Shown in pieces: positions 1-14,118 of a stretch of 64,000 bases of DNA. A program made the translations under genes and the position numbers. A model generated the notes under the pieces. That model was not told the origin of the DNA, made no database searches, and saw only the letters and a program-made list of their open reading frames with translations. How positions within the stretch are numbered: position 1 is the first letter of the stretch; every line of letters starts with the position of its first letter. This stretch comes from Piromyces finnis finn. Lineage: Eukaryota; Fungi; Neocallimastigomycota. The DNA is taken from contig MCFH01000011.1 of the NCBI GenBank assembly GCA_002104945.1, positions 744,001-808,000 on the forward strand. The letters are read 5' to 3'.

Positions 1-180
1 TATTTAGTAGCACAACCATCAGATCCATCAGATGATGACAGTAAATGTGCCAAGGTATATGAAATGTGCGGAGGTATTGACTATCCAGATGCTCCAACTT
101 GTTGTGAATCTGGCTCAAAATGCGTTCATTTTAGTGAAAACTTTTTCCAATGTATTCCAGAGCATGCTCTCTACTACTAA
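1..180 (+). CDS. 3' end of a secreted carbohydrate-active protein ending in a fungal cellulose-binding module (CBM1); 5' part lies outside the window
   Basis: Frame 1 (not in the ORF track) reads YLVAQPSDPSDDDSKCAKVYEMCGGIDYPDAPTCCESGSKCVHFSENFFQCIPEHALYY*, matching the CBM1 cysteine pattern (CGG..Y...T.CC.SGS.C.......QC). Confidence 0.85.
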   Translation, partial: YLVAQPSDPSDDDSKCAKVYEMCGGIDYPDAPTCCESGSKCVHFSENFFQCIPEHALYY

Positions 181-1946
181 TAATAGATACCATATAACAA
201 ATGTAATAAATATATATATAAAAAGAAATTTATTTAAAAGCATTAATTATATTTCTTTTTTAACTAGTATTTAAAAATTATATATATATTATCAAAAAGT
301 TTATATATATTACATTACAAAAATAAAACACTATAGACAATATACTTATAATAATTTATTTATAACAAATACAAAAAGCAATATATATATACGTATCATT
401 AATAATAGCAATCCAAAATATATGTATTATATATATAATTATTAATAGTAAATATTTATAATATTTATATTAATATTTATACATATCATAAATAATAATA
501 TATATAAAAATATAATATAATAATACAATTTAAAGTAAAATTATTAATAATTTAGTAATTATAACATATCTATAAAATAATTTATTTATAACAAATACAA
601 AAAGCAATATATTTATACATATCATAAATAATAATATATATAAAAATACAAAAATATAATATAATAATACAATTTAAAGTAGAATTATTAATAATTTAGT
701 AATTATTGCATATCTATAAAACATAAATAATTTAGAATGTGTAAAATATAGTTATTAATTACATTAAAAGTAATTATTTTATAAAAATGTTAAATAGAAA
801 TAGAAAAGAATAAATTATTATTAATAAAAAAATGGTTTAAAAGACACATAAATTAAATAAGCATTCATTATTATTAAAATAAATAATTAATGATTATAAT
901 TTTTATTCATTAGGTCAATTTAAAATTTCATTATTTAAAAGTATTATTTTAATAATAATTTTCTATAATTTATTGTAATTGTATTAAATCTTTTGATGTA
1001 TAATCAATCCATAATATATATAAGAAAGAGCTTTTTCATAATTTTTTTTCTTTATAATTTTTTAAATATACTGTTATTCAATGATGAAAATTTTAATATT
1101 TGTAATACTCCAGAATATTTATTTCTCTTTTTGTCAAGTGAGTTCTATTGATGATATACCAGAAACTATTTCTTAAAAACCCTCTTGGGAACGTGCCTTC
1201 ATTTATTTAATAAATGTAGTTTCTCAAGGGGGTCTACTCATGCTCATGGTACTGAGAGAGTAGAAAGAATTAAATCCAAGTATTGCGCAATGGATGCTTG
1301 GTTAGTCTTTAAGGGAAAATTATTAGGACTAAGCTCATGGTACTGAGCGATTAAAAAACATTTTATTCATCGAATTTAAGTATTTGATGAATAAATTGAA
1401 TGTTTGATATTCAGGTAAGTTTGTATAGTATTTAATTAGAAGAGTAATACATTTTGTTGCTGTATTTTTTCTTTTATTCATGTATTCATGTAGTACTACT
1501 CTTCTCTTGTAAGAATCCAATGTAGTCAACTTTAGCATTTGCATTGTATTTTTATATTCATGTAGCTATTGTTGTATTGTTCTTGTAAGAGACTGATTCA
1601 CTCTACATCATGTAAAAATACTATTCACAAGCTTTCTGGTGTCGACATTCTTGATTCAAATTTTTACCAATTTAAATATTTAATGATAAGTAAAGTCAAA
1701 CAAGTTTAGTGTCAAAAAGCGAATCGAATTTACTAACAACAAACCAAAACTAGAATTTTTAAAAAAAGTTAACAACTAGAATTCAAAAAAAAAAGAAACT
1801 TTAAACAAAGCATCGTAACAATTTTTGTACTATCCAGTACTTTTAAGAAGAGAGAGAGAGACAGATTTTTTTCCATATACGTTATATTTATAATTTTTAT
1901 TAGTATTTATTTTATATTCAATATTTTTTAATTAGAATTAATTATC

Positions 1947-4900
1947 ATGTCAGTCCTTTATATTAAAGATAAGAATTATATCAGACGTGGTACCCGGTCT
2001 TATGGTATCCCCTTAGATGATATTCGCTCCTTCTTTATCCGTGGTATTCGGTCATGGTCAGTAAATATGCTATGGGAAAAATTCGAGGTTATTCTAGAAG
2101 ATAAATTTAATTCAGTTATTAGTGTTAAATATTTTCAGACTTTCAATGATCACTTTTTCTTAGTCAAGGTTCATGGTTCATCGAAAGATTGTATTAAAAT
2201 CTTACACATGTTAAAGAAGAAACTTTCAGTTACCTCAATTTCCTTTTCAGCTCGTAGTAGAAGGAATCACAAATACACTTTTTCCACTCTCAAACGTAAA
2301 ATTTTAGTTTCTAATAAACATCAACATTCTATTCAACAATCATTTCAACAATCAGTTCAACAATCTCATCAACAATCCGATCTTCAACAAGATCTTCAAC
2401 AAGATCTTCAACAAGTTTTCCATCATGAAAATATTCCAGATCTACAGCAAACACAATTTCAATCTCAACATTCAACAATTAATTCTAATAGTTCTATCAA
2501 CTCTGATAACAGTTCAATAGTTGATAGTTCTTCAGCTTCACAGCCATCTAGTAATAGTTCTACTTATTCCTCTGATGCATCATCCATTAATAATGATGAC
2601 TTTAATAATAGTAATAATAGCAACGATTCTTCCTCATCCTCATCCAACAAGCCTGATAACTTTTCTTTTTGTCTTAGTTGGAACACCAATGGGTGGAATC
2701 ACGAAAAGAGAGATAGCATTAGCTATTTCACAGCTATTTTCAAACCATTATTTTTATGTTTCCAAGAAACTGGTAATGGTTCTGGATCGAATACAGATTA
2801 TCCTTGTCGTGTTACTTTGCGAAACTATAGACACTTTTTCAAGAAAGCTGACGAATCAGTTCCTGGAATGAGAGGTTTATATTTAGGTTTTCACAATTCG
2901 TGTCAAGCCTCACTTGAAAACTTCTCTGGAAAGTATATTATTTCTATTTATACTTTTAGTCTCTGGAATAGATTCAAATGCTCGATTGGAAATGTTTATA
3001 TGCCTCATAGTCATCACAACATCTATGTTGATCATGCAAAGTTAGAAGTTCGCTTGTGGTTACAAACTCATTCATCCCATCCATCGATTCTTGTTGGTGA
3101 TTTTAATATGTCTAAAGTAAAATTATCCAACTGGTTATCAACTAATGGATTAGGAGATTGGGAAATTCTTCCGCTTAGAGGGTCTACTATCTCTTGGACT
3201 CGAGGTGAACAATCTTCCGACATTGACCATGCTCTTATCAATTCGAAGATGAAAGATCTTATTCACTCAGGATCATTTATAAATAATTTTTATCCTGTAT
3301 CAGACCATAAGCCACTTCTTATTAATGGTAAAATTATTCCTATGGAAGATTTTTCTAATGACTTTAATGTTCCTAAGAAAATTCTGAAATGGAATAGATT
3401 AAAATGTATTGAGGAAAAGGAATCTATTCTCAGTCATAATAAATTCCAAATACTTTCAGCAAAATTCAACGATCCTAATGTTTCTACAGATGATCTTTCC
3501 AAAGAATTTACTTCAACTGCTTTTTCAATTGCAGACGAGCTCAGTATTACCTCAGCAAATAATGTTATAAAGTCTTCATTTCACATTTCACAACAAATTT
3601 TTAATCTTCAAAAAATCAAAATGAAGTTGTATAAGAGATTTAAAAAAGAAAGAATTTATGATATAGATGAATTTATTAAAAGAATTAAAATCTACCGTAA
3701 GCTCATTGATTACATCCACAAAAGATGTAATGAATTTAGGAAGCAAGAATATCTTCATTGGATTAAAACAGGATGTGAGTATATGAAGAGTCATAATCCT
3801 AAGAAGGCCTGGAAATGGATCAAGAAAACTGCAAAAATTGGAAAAGATTCTTTCTTTATTGCTCAACCAATTAAAAATAAAAATGGAGAATTAGTTGTTG
3901 CTACAGAAGAACAACTAGAAGTGTGGCATGATCATTTCGAAAAGCTTGCATCAGATCCAAGTGGTGTAAGTCTTGATTTAGAGCATTGGTATGAAGAACC
4001 AACGAATAAACGTTTTTCACTTCCTATGCTTGATGAGTGGGATATCAACCAAGATATTAGTATTGATGAAGTCAAGTCAGCTATCCTCTCTACTCCAAAT
4101 TATAAAGCATCAGGTCCGGATGGTATTCCAATTGAATTTTACAAAGCATTAATTCCATCAAGTAATGATTCTAATAATGCTACAGATAATAATTCTTCCG
4201 GTAATACCACTTCAGATAATGATGCTCATGGTTTAAATTTTATTTTAAATTATTCAACCGTATTTGGGATGGAGACTTCCCCAACTTATGGAATGAATCC
4301 AGTATTGTTTCTATTCCTAAGAAGGGTGATTTGACAGATTGTGATAACTATCGAGGTTTATCACTTATCAATAATGGCATTAAGTTGATTTCCAAAATTG
4401 TCACAACTAGAATCTCAGAATATGGTCTAAAGAATAAATTCATTAGACCTGAACAATTTGGTTTTCGAAAAAAGGAAGAAAGTATTAGTCTTTTCATTTC
4501 AATCCAAGAAATATGCCGTAGACGTCAATTAGATAATAAAGAGACATATTTGGCCTTTTTAGATCTCAGGAAAGCATACGATTCAGTCCCAATCGGTAAT
4601 ATTCTCCATAAATTAGATTGTTTAGGAATCCGAGGTAAGAGTTTACAATTCATCAAAAATTTATATTTAACATCTAAGGCTAATGTCAAATTAGATGGTC
4701 AATTCTCGAAATCTTTTGATGTGAAGAAAGGAGTTCGTCAAGGTTGCCCTCTTTCTCCTATTTTCTTTAATCTCTTTATTAATGATATATTTAAAGAGTG
4801 CGAAGATCTTGGAGTCAGTTTAGGTGACACTCGATGCTGTGGTGGACTTTTTGCAGATGATATAGTTATTTGTGCTCCAACAAGAGGATGCTTAAAAAAG

Positions 4901-6385
4901 ATGCTAAGAAGAGTTAATGAATGGGCCTTGTATAATGAAATGGAATTTGGTATCCAGAAATGTTCAACGATGGTGATTCGTCCTGAATCAATAGAAAATC
5001 AGAACAAGAGAGATCCAACATTTTACTTAGCAGGACAACCCATTCCAACTACTGATTGTTATACTTATCTTGGTGTTCCATTTGATAAGAATCTGTCCCT
5101 TAAACCAGTAATTAAAACTCTTAATAACAAAATTTTGAAAGGACTTTTTTCAGTCAGTAAATTCTTAAGAAATCCTAATATTCCTATTCCCTTCAAAAAG
5201 CTAGTACTTAATTCACAAGTGATTAGCAGAGTTTCATACTTTGCACCATTACTTGGATCCAACAAAGCTAGGTCTAGGATTGCTCAGAAGCATGTTAACA
5301 AAGGAATACGATGGGTTGCCGGAGTTCATAAAGCTGTATCGTTTATATCTTTATACTCTATCTCAAAAGATTTGAATATTCCTCCATTGTCAGCCAAATG
5401 TGCGTTAGCTCAGGTTAGATGTTTTAACAAATGGAAAAACTCAAATTGTATTATCTCATACCTTGTCAATTACATTCCTAAATTTAGAAAATACACGTGG
5501 TGCAAATCAAGTAGGACACTTGATAAAAAATTAAAGAAACATGGAGATGTTAAAGCAGTTAAAAACTTTTATTGGAAAGATCTCAAAGGGAATTCAATAA
5601 AAGCGCAATATTATAATGATAATAAATTTATTGAAACTAAAGATTTTATTAAATTATGTTATGAATACCCAGAGTTTGCCTATGGCTTTTACTGGCTATT
5701 GAAAGCAAGAAGCGGATACAAGTTGGATGCTAGAGTTGCCAAAGCTGCTAAATTTGTTGATCCAGTTTGTCCTAACTACTGTCCATGTTGCAAGTGTGGT
5801 GTTCAAAGTATTAAACATTGGTTATTAGATTGTCCAACATTTAGAGATATCCGTATTAAACATTATGATTCCATAGTCCAGCTACTAAATTTTTTCAGTC
5901 AACGTAATTCCAATAGTCCTATCAATAATAATGAAAATGTTAATATCAGTAGAGATAGCAATAACAGTAATAGTAATAATAACAATAGTAATAATAACAA
6001 TAGTAGTAATGGTAATAATAACAATAGTAATAATAACAATAGTAGTAATAGAAATAATAATATTAGTAATGATAGCAATAGTGAAGATAATAATTCTAAT
6101 TTAGATAGTAATTTAGTTAATGATAGTAATAGTTCTAATAATCCGGTGAATATTAATGTGTATGATTATTCTAGTGTGTGCAGTAAAATATTTAAATTCC
6201 TTCTTGGGGGAAGAAGTTTTAACAATATCAGGGGCGTAAAAGAAAGAAGGTCGTTCCAGTTTTTATCCTGGTTGTTAAGGCGTTTCCTTAGCATACATAA
6301 GGCTTCTGGTTCGACCCCGCAGATGTCAGTGCCTGTGGATTTTCCCACTGGGTTTGCCATGGGTTGGGTTATGATATTCAGGTAA
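1947..6385 (+). pseudogene. LINE polyprotein (N-terminal domain, Q/S/N linker, AP endonuclease, reverse transcriptase, CCHC finger) split by a -1 frameshift near 4244-4250
   Basis: APE motifs SWNTNG, LCFQET, LVGDFN, SDIDH, SDHKP; KASGPDGIP; RT motifs NYRGLSL, EQFGFR, FLDLRKAYDSV, GVRQGCPLSP, LFADD, YTYLG; CPCCKC..HWLLDC finger. The -1 frame from ~4247 reads KLFNRIWDGDFPNLWNESSIVSIPKKGD and joins the two track ORFs. Confidence 0.9.
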
Positions 6386-6781
6386 GTATAAATGAACTTT
6401 CTAATTTACTACTATGATAATAACACTCGTCTAGCCGGCCTGAGAGGGTCTAGTGTACATGGTACATTCCAAATTAGAACTTAATAAGTGGTGACTTAGG
6501 CTATGCCAAAAACACATAATATTCCTTAATCAATTTAAGTGTAAACATTAGGGGGCGGTTGACACGTGATCAAATTGACTATAAGAGGCTTAGCATTGTA
6601 GTTGTGAAATATCGTACAACGACATGCATCTAATGTACATGGATTAAGTGAGCGTCGAAGCTGAAGAAACAGTATGACAGACCAGGAGGGTCACAACCAC
6701 CTAGCAATAGGAATGAGCCAACGTTTCTCTAAGAACCACCATTGGAGCTAACTCTGATCGATGGGAGAAATGCACTCGGAA

Positions 6782-6825
<44 letters not shown>
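1947..6825 (+). mobile_element. Non-LTR retrotransposon (LINE, APE-type) with 3' UTR and poly(A) tail; exact 5' end not determined
   Basis: APE endonuclease, RT and CCHC motifs in 1947-6385; GC-richer 3' UTR ~6386-6784; 41-nt A tract 6785-6825. Confidence 0.92.
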
Positions 6826-6828
<3 letters not shown>

Positions 6829-7110
6829 AACAATATCAATTACAATTCAAGGGAATGGAAAGAACTTTGTAAGCGTCAGATTCAATCTGGTACTAATGAA
6901 GGAACACCATTCTTGACGGTAACCGCGGAACTTCTAACCAAAATCATGCCTTTTGCTATTGGCCAGCAATGGTCAATGTTCAAAAGGTTTGAAGCAACAT
7001 CCAAGAGCGTCAATGCTGAAGAAACAGTAAGACAGGCCAGGAGGGCCAGTGCAACCAATGGAGATCATAATTTTGTTCCATGACAAAATTTTGATCTTTG
7101 GCTCGGTGTC
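6826..7110 (+). repeat. Remnant of a related LINE 3' region directly after the poly(A)
   Basis: 7005-7045 matches the LINE 3' UTR segment 6650-6690 at 37/41 nt. Confidence 0.55.
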
Positions 7111-7388
7111 CCATTGGAAGTCAAATACAATTATTATACTTTAGTATGATAGTGGCTTTCTTACTTTAATTAAAATTACTAGAATATATTATACCCAATT
7201 TTTATTCATTTCTGTTTATTTAAACATATTTTTTTTTATTTTTATTTTTATATTTAATTTTTTTATTACATGTATTATAATTTTAATTAAATTAATAATA
7301 AAGTTTAAAATATTTGATGCCGTTAAAAAAAAAAAAAAAAAAAAAAATTTCTTAAAAAACAAAAATAATATGTATATAAATAATACTT

Positions 7389-7391
7389 AAT

Positions 7392-7435
<44 letters not shown>

Positions 7436-7436
7436 T
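7389..7436 (+). repeat. (AAT)n microsatellite
   Basis: Run of TAA/AAT triplets. Confidence 0.9.
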
Positions 7437-7787
7437 GTTAACATAATACAAAATCATGTAATACATTATAATTTATAATGTAATAATATGTATTTGAAAT
7501 AATGTAATAGATTAATGTAGCATAATAATGTAATGTATTTGTTATATGTATGATATAAATGTAATGAAAATTTTTATTTAATAAATAGATGACTTTATAA
7601 TAAAATATATAAATAAACATATACATTTGTGTAATAACTCTCGAGTACCGTAAAACTAGCTGGTTATTAGATTAAGAGTCTCAAGTCTAGCTAAAACCAA
7701 ATCTTGAGAGAATATTTTAGTAATTATAATATTAAACATAAAAAATAAAAAAAAAAAAAAAAAAATGTCACAAGAAAACAAGAAAAG

Positions 7788-8027
7788 ATGGCCATTATTC
7801 TTACAGGTCCATCAAATTATTTTGAATGGATGGACCACATAGGGGCCGAATTTTCAAAAGAAAAAATTATAAATTATCTTTATACAGATGGTATCAAAGA
7901 TATTGATACCAAGAATATTAAAGAGGGTGAAGATGAAAAATTGGCTCAAAATGGAACAGCCTGTAACGAGTTTCTATATAAAGAATTTATTAATGTAGGA
8001 ATTAATAATATTTATATAGAAAAATAA
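7788..8027 (+). pseudogene. Possible Ty1/Copia-type gag N-terminal fragment, truncated
   Basis: LTGPSNYFEW resembles the copia gag start motif L.G.NY..W; the frame ends at downstream LTR sequence. Confidence 0.3.
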
Positions 8028-8039
8028 ATTTTGTATTCC

Positions 8040-9195
8040 CTATAAGTCAATAAATTTATTTATTTAAAATAATTTTTTATTATTATTAAGTTTTTTAAAA
8101 ATAAAGATTTAAATTTAAAAGTTAATAAAAACACAACTATTTAATTTTTGATTCACATCACTTCTATTTATACTTTTTCTAAATCTGATGTGGCTAAATT
8201 AAAAGTCAAATTTTTCTTTCTAAATTATTCTTTAAATTAATTAAAAATTACATAAAATGAATCTCGTGATAAAAATACATAAAATATTTAATTTTTCGAA
8301 TAAGTTCTATGAGTTTCTATGAGTCATAAATTAAATTGTTTAATAAATAATTTAAATTAAAATTTGGATCAATGTATGAGTCGAACCCGAGTGATTCAGA
8401 TTAATGTCTTAAATACTGTAAAAGTTTTAAAATTTAAAACAGATTATAAAATTTTTTACAATAAAACAAAAACACAATAAAATAAAAAATTAAAAACAAA
8501 AACAAAATTTATTTATATTCTTTTTTCTTTTTTATTAGTTCTTATTTAGTTATTAACTAAATTATAGTCAATAACAATTACATCGTTTAACTATGAAATT
8601 TTACATGTATTTATATTTTTTACAAATTATATTTTAATATACTATTCTATTTAATTATACATATATTCAATATAAAATAAACAAAACTAATTTAATACTA
8701 ATTTGATTAAATAATAAAATAATAAAACTAAACTAAAACTAATTAAATACACTTTTGATTCAATTTGAGTAAACTACAAATTGAATACAGTCCATGTATT
8801 ACCTATATATTAATTAAATATTAATAATACTATTTATTATATATTTATAATTAAAAATGCTAATTTAAAACTACGCTAAAGTTATTAAACTAATTTTAAT
8901 TAAATAAAAACTTTTTAAGATTTAATTTGAATATTTAAAATATTTAAATTTAATTATCCATTAATTTAAATATTTATCCAAATTTCATTTCTAACTTTGA
9001 TATTTTAAAATTAATATTTATTTAATTATTCCATAAAATTTATACAATAAATTTTATAAACAATTTTTTCATTAAAATATCAAAATTATTATTCAATAAT
9101 TATTAATTAATTATTAAATAATTTAAAGATATACTTTATATCTTTACAAATACTAACCATTAAGACAATATTAATTTTCTAACAGATTTTGATAA
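8040..9195 (-). mobile_element. Diverged LTR of family B (related to 47736-48282), interrupted by a family A solo LTR
   Basis: Reverse-complement match to LTR B, including GGTTCGACTC (8378-8387 on the minus strand) and the GTCTTAATGGTTAGTATTTAAGAC hairpin, which is split by the insertion. Confidence 0.7.
8417..9148 (-). mobile_element. Solo LTR, family A
   Basis: TG...CA ends; reverse complement of 15608-16334; TSD AATAC at 8412-8416 and 9149-9153. Confidence 0.92.
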
Positions 9196-9205
9196 ATAAT
9201 GAAAT

Positions 9206-9977
9206 TGTAAAATATTGTATTAATAGAATAATGTATTTAATACGTATTTAAAATAATGTATAATGTATTAAATTAATGTACCGTAAAATTTCATAAAATT
9301 TATATCACAATACATTAACATAAATTTATTTAAAATTTAATTTTATGATAAGATAAAGTTTTTGATGATAAAATAAAATTTTAAATTAAATAAATTTTAA
9401 CCAATAAATATTTTAGATAATAAAAAAAAATTTTTTATAAACTAAGCCTCAAAATTAGAAATAAATAAATTGAATATATGTTTGAAATATAATCAACCAT
9501 ATAGTAAATAAATCAAAACTTTATTTTAAGTTTAGAAAATTCTTTAGTAAATAAATTGAATTTAAATAGTTTAATACAAATAATTTCTTTTAATAAATGT
9601 ATAAATGTAAACAATGTAAAATTATAATATTAAAACATGTATATTAGAATTTATTCAATTTATTTAAAAAGTATAAATAAAGAGAATTTTTCAACTATTG
9701 AAACGATAGTTGGAAAATCGTATAGGTTAATTTAGTATAGATAAATTAACATTAGTTTATAGTTTAGATTAATAATTTTAGTTTTAAATAAAATAAATTG
9801 ATTACCTAGTGAGGGCTCTGGTAAAATATCCTTCACGGTAAAGTAATCAACGGTTGTTTTAGTTTAGTTATTTTAAAATAATTTAATAAATAAAATATAA
9901 AAAATTAAAAATAATTTAAAGTGTAGTTTAGAATATTGAGTGTATACAAACCTGAACTTAGTTTAGAATATTTTACA
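9206..9977. mobile_element. Solo LTR, family G (TGTAAAATATT...AATATTTTACA)
   Basis: 11-bp inverted termini; TSD GAAAT (9201-9205, 9978-9982); near-identical inverted copy at 29500-30270. Confidence 0.9.
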
Positions 9978-11457
9978 GAAATTAATAAATATAAAATTAT
10001 TATTATACCTGATTTTTAAGTTAACCCTAAAAGTAACTTAAAACAAGTTATAGTTTAATTAAGTACTTTACCAAAATTCTTAAATAAAATTAATCCTAAA
10101 CACTGCATATGTTTTGATTATTGAAAGAAAATAATAAACTTTAATTAATCGAGATCAAAATATATAACTTTTGTTAAATTAATTGTTAAATTAAATGTTT
10201 AATAACTTCGTTAGTAAATTACACTTTAAAAGTAAACAAATATAATAATTCATGTTATAAAATAATATAATTAAACACTTTTATTAAAATACTAAAAATA
10301 ATTATTACTTTAATTAATTGTAAAATAAACAACTTTTTATATTCTTTAACTTTTAATTATTTCTTTTATTGTTATTTCTAATTACTTTTATTGTAAATAG
10401 TTATTAATTTTATTGTTTTAATGTAAATAGTTTAAATCTAAAAGAAAATATAAATACATGTAAATATTCTTATTTTAATCATTATTATTATTATTAATAA
10501 AGAAATATTATATAGTTAGATTAATATTTTATAATTTTAATAATCACTTTTATACTTAAATAAATAAAAATTTTAAATATTTAAATATTAGAAAAACAAG
10601 TGTTTCTAATAAAACAATTTAGTGTTTTAACAAAACAATTTTATTAATTTTTATAAAAACGATCTTAAATCTTAATCAATATAACTTATATAGTTATAAC
10701 AAAAGATATAATATAATAATCACTTTTTGAAGTAAAATTCAAAATTAAGATTATTATCAAATTATATCAATTTGATATAAATTGGAATTAATAAATATGA
10801 AATTATAATCTTGATATAAACTAACCCTCAAAACAACTTAAAAATAAATAATAAATAATAATAATATTTAAATGTTTAATTAAAAGTATAAAAATTATTT
10901 ATTAAAACTCAGTTTAAATTATATTTTTGTTATAAAATAAACATAGTATAAATAACATTTTAAATAGTAAAATAGTGTTATATTAATTAAATTAATTACT
11001 TTAAAATAAATTGTTTCTTTTATTTATTATTCATTATTATTTTAAAACATATTAATATTTTATTTTAAAAAGTTAAAACAGAAAGAAAATTATAAATACA
11101 TGTAATTATTTCCTAATTTAAAAATCAATCAATACTTTTAATAAATGTATTAAATAAAGAGTTGATTCAAAAATATATTTTAAAATTGTGTTTTTAAAAC
11201 ATAACTTTTATATTTTGTTAATAATCGTTATGTCGAATTAAAATATTTCAAATAACTTTATAATAAAAATTTATTTTAAATCTTTTTTTTTTATATAAAT
11301 TGATAAGAATATTATCACTTTTATAATTATTTAATTATAAATTAAGATAATATTAAACACTTATCATATGAAGTCAACTGCCTATTTAAAAAAAAAAAAA
11401 AAAAAAAAAATTATTAGCTTATAAATTCGTCTGGAATCCGAATTTAGAGGAGGAGCT

Positions 11458-11826
11458 TGTAATGAGGTATATCTAATGATAAGGGTTAGACTAGAAAATC
11501 ATTAAGGTTAGATTAATGAAAATTTCATAATTATATTTTTATAACCAATCATTAAGTAATTAATTCACTTATCAAATTGTATTAAAAAAAAAAAATAATT
11601 TTCATGTATAAAAGAGAGAATAAGAAAGATAAAATAGTTCTTTAGTGTTTTTATTAATAATTAATAAAAATTAGTTTTTTTGTTTCGTCTTTAGTTTGAT
11701 AATACACTGACCTAGCGAGTTAGTCGTATTATAATAATAAATTTAATAAATAAACATTATTAAAAAAATACATATATATTTGATACATTAGAGAGTGTGT
11801 GTTTATTATTATAATATTTCGTTACA
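11458..11826 (+). mobile_element. LTR (family H, ~360-370 bp) preceded by a polypurine tract; probable orphan 3' LTR
   Basis: TG...CA ends; PPT GAGGAGGAG immediately upstream; 11424-11457 resembles the Gypsy B pre-LTR segment 47701-47735; inverted copy at 57179-57538. Confidence 0.8.
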
Positions 11827-12699
11827 GTATTATAAAATTATTTCTTTTTTAAAAATTTAACAATGAATTCATAAATTTAAATATCATCAATAAAACATCA
11901 CAGAATTGATATTAACATATACATAATGTTGTACTAAATATTATTAATTATAAAGTAATTAAAATACTTCATCAAAAGCATCACTTAAAATATTAAAATA
12001 GAGCTGATACATTTTTGAATAAAAGGTATGATAATAAATTAAAAATGCCATATAAAGATTAAAGCAATTTTAAATTCATCACCTTATTTAATTCTTATTA
12101 AGCTATTGATATATTTAAATTTAGTTTAAAAACATATTTTACTCCATTTATCTTATTTATTGATTAAAGGAATATATGAATTTCAATAATTATATCATTT
12201 AATTTCCTACAATCAATATATAGTAATTATAGTTATCAATCTCATTATACTTCCATTAAAAAGAATTGTATAAAGATTAAAATCTTTTTTTTTTTTTTCC
12301 TTTATAAAGTTCGTTTTATTAAGTACATAAAAACTATTCATTTATTAAAAACTCTTATAATTATTATACATATTACATTAATTTATATTTGTTTTATTCA
12401 TTATATTTATTACATTTATCATATTTATTAACTTATTCTATTTATTAATTTATTCTATTTATTACATTTTATTATATTTTTTTTTTCATTTGTTGTATTT
12501 ATTAATTCTATTTTTTTTTTAATTATTATTAATACTAACTAATATACTATCAAATTGTTACTATTACTAAAACTATTCCTCATTAATTTCTATTATAGCT
12601 ATTTCTAATTCTACAATACTAATACATTACAATCATTTATTTTTTAAATTACATTTATTATAATCAAAATTATTTAGATAACATTATTTTCCATAGGAC

Positions 12700-12935
12700 G
12701 AATGTATTTAACATTTTGTTATAATCCTCCACAATTCAGTAATTCATTAAGTTTCTTTTTAAAACATTGGAATTTTCAAATTTATTATTTTCATTACTGA
12801 ATTGTTCTTCTTTCTTGATTCTTTTTATTTTCATTTTATTCTTTATAAAATCCAGATAAATGAATTAAGAACAGATCCAGAATAGATTAATTTTCTAGCT
12901 CTGATTTCACTACCATCATATTATTAAGAATAAAA
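12700..12935 (-). pseudogene. Highly decayed Gypsy aspartic protease fragment
   Basis: Minus strand reads DGSEIRARKLIYSGSVLNSF, similar to LIDSGS.LNFI of the intact elements; multiple stops. Confidence 0.4.
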
Positions 12936-13005
12936 AATATTACACTCATTTCTTATTATATATTCATTTAACTTTATAATTATTCAATCAAAACTACTAT
13001 ATTAA

Positions 13006-13619
13006 TGTAATGCTGACTCAGAAAGAATAGATTAGGATATCTATTCTATTACAATAACACCAAAAAATTAAATAAAAATAAAATTGTTTTGTTAAAAATA
13101 TTTTTTATTATAATAGAAATTTTATTAATAACAATTACATCGATGAAATGATGAAAAATATCTTCTATTTATATTTTTCCTAAATACATTTATATTATAT
13201 TTAACTATTTATTTCTTATATATTATTATTTAAAATCTACACTAAAATCTTAATTATTAATAAATATTTAAACTATAACTATTTTTAGTAAAATACAATT
13301 GGCAATTCAAATTAAGTACTATTCAATTTGAATATGTGCCCATGTATTATTGATATATTAAACATTTAATAATTATATACTAGATGTCTATTTCTATTAC
13401 AAAACAATACTAAAACTAGGGGTTTGAATTGAGAATTTTAATTTATTGTTAAACATTAAGAATAAATTAATAATTTATTTTGTTTTAAACTTTAATTATT
13501 AATAAATAAATTATGTCCCATTTTCTTTTTCTGTAATATAATTCGTGTAACTTAAACAATAATATTTATGGCTTAAGTTACATTAAAGATATCAATCTGT
13601 GGCGTTTGATATCTTTACA
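13006..13619 (-). mobile_element. Solo LTR, family C
   Basis: TG...CA ends; TSD ATTAA (13001-13005, 13620-13624); copies at 23079-23683 and 31553-32156. Confidence 0.9.
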
Positions 13620-14118
13620 ATTAATTTATTCAAGTTATTTGAATCTTTTAAATATAAAACTTACTTCTTAATAAAAATATAAACTTATTAACTAGATATA
13701 AAATAACTTCTTTATAATAAATTCAATCAAATTAAATTTGTGAATTTATTCTACAATTATAAGAAATTCTTTATTTAATTAATTTATTTTAATTTATTAA
13801 ATATAAAAAACATAATTTATTTAATAACTAAATTTGTAAAACCTCCTCATATTGAATTCAAATTATTTTAATTATTTATTATTAATCATTTGTTTAATAA
13901 ATTATTTAATAAACTATTACATTCAAATTATCTTAATTTACTAAATATAAAATTAATTTTTTTTTTTAATAAATGTATAACTTTTTAAATAACTAAATTT
14001 GTATTGACTTTTGTTGATAAATTCAAATCAAATTAAAAATGCTTTAAATTTATATTCTAATTATTAAGAATTTTCTATTTAGTCAAATATTCAGTTATAT
14101 AAAATACACCTTTATATA

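Noticed and set aside
32-274. 80-aa ORF from the track
   Set aside because: Out-of-frame overlap of the CBM1 coding frame, which ends at 180.
1335-1544. 69-aa minus-strand ORF and a 15-bp direct repeat GCTCATGGTACTGAG (~1243, ~1334)
   Set aside because: No recognisable domain and neighbouring frames are full of stops; probably a decayed gene or element that I cannot assign.
6655-6700. Hammerhead ribozyme suggested by CTGAAGA in the LINE 3' UTR
   Set aside because: No stem II followed by GAAA and no stem III/UH site in the required order.
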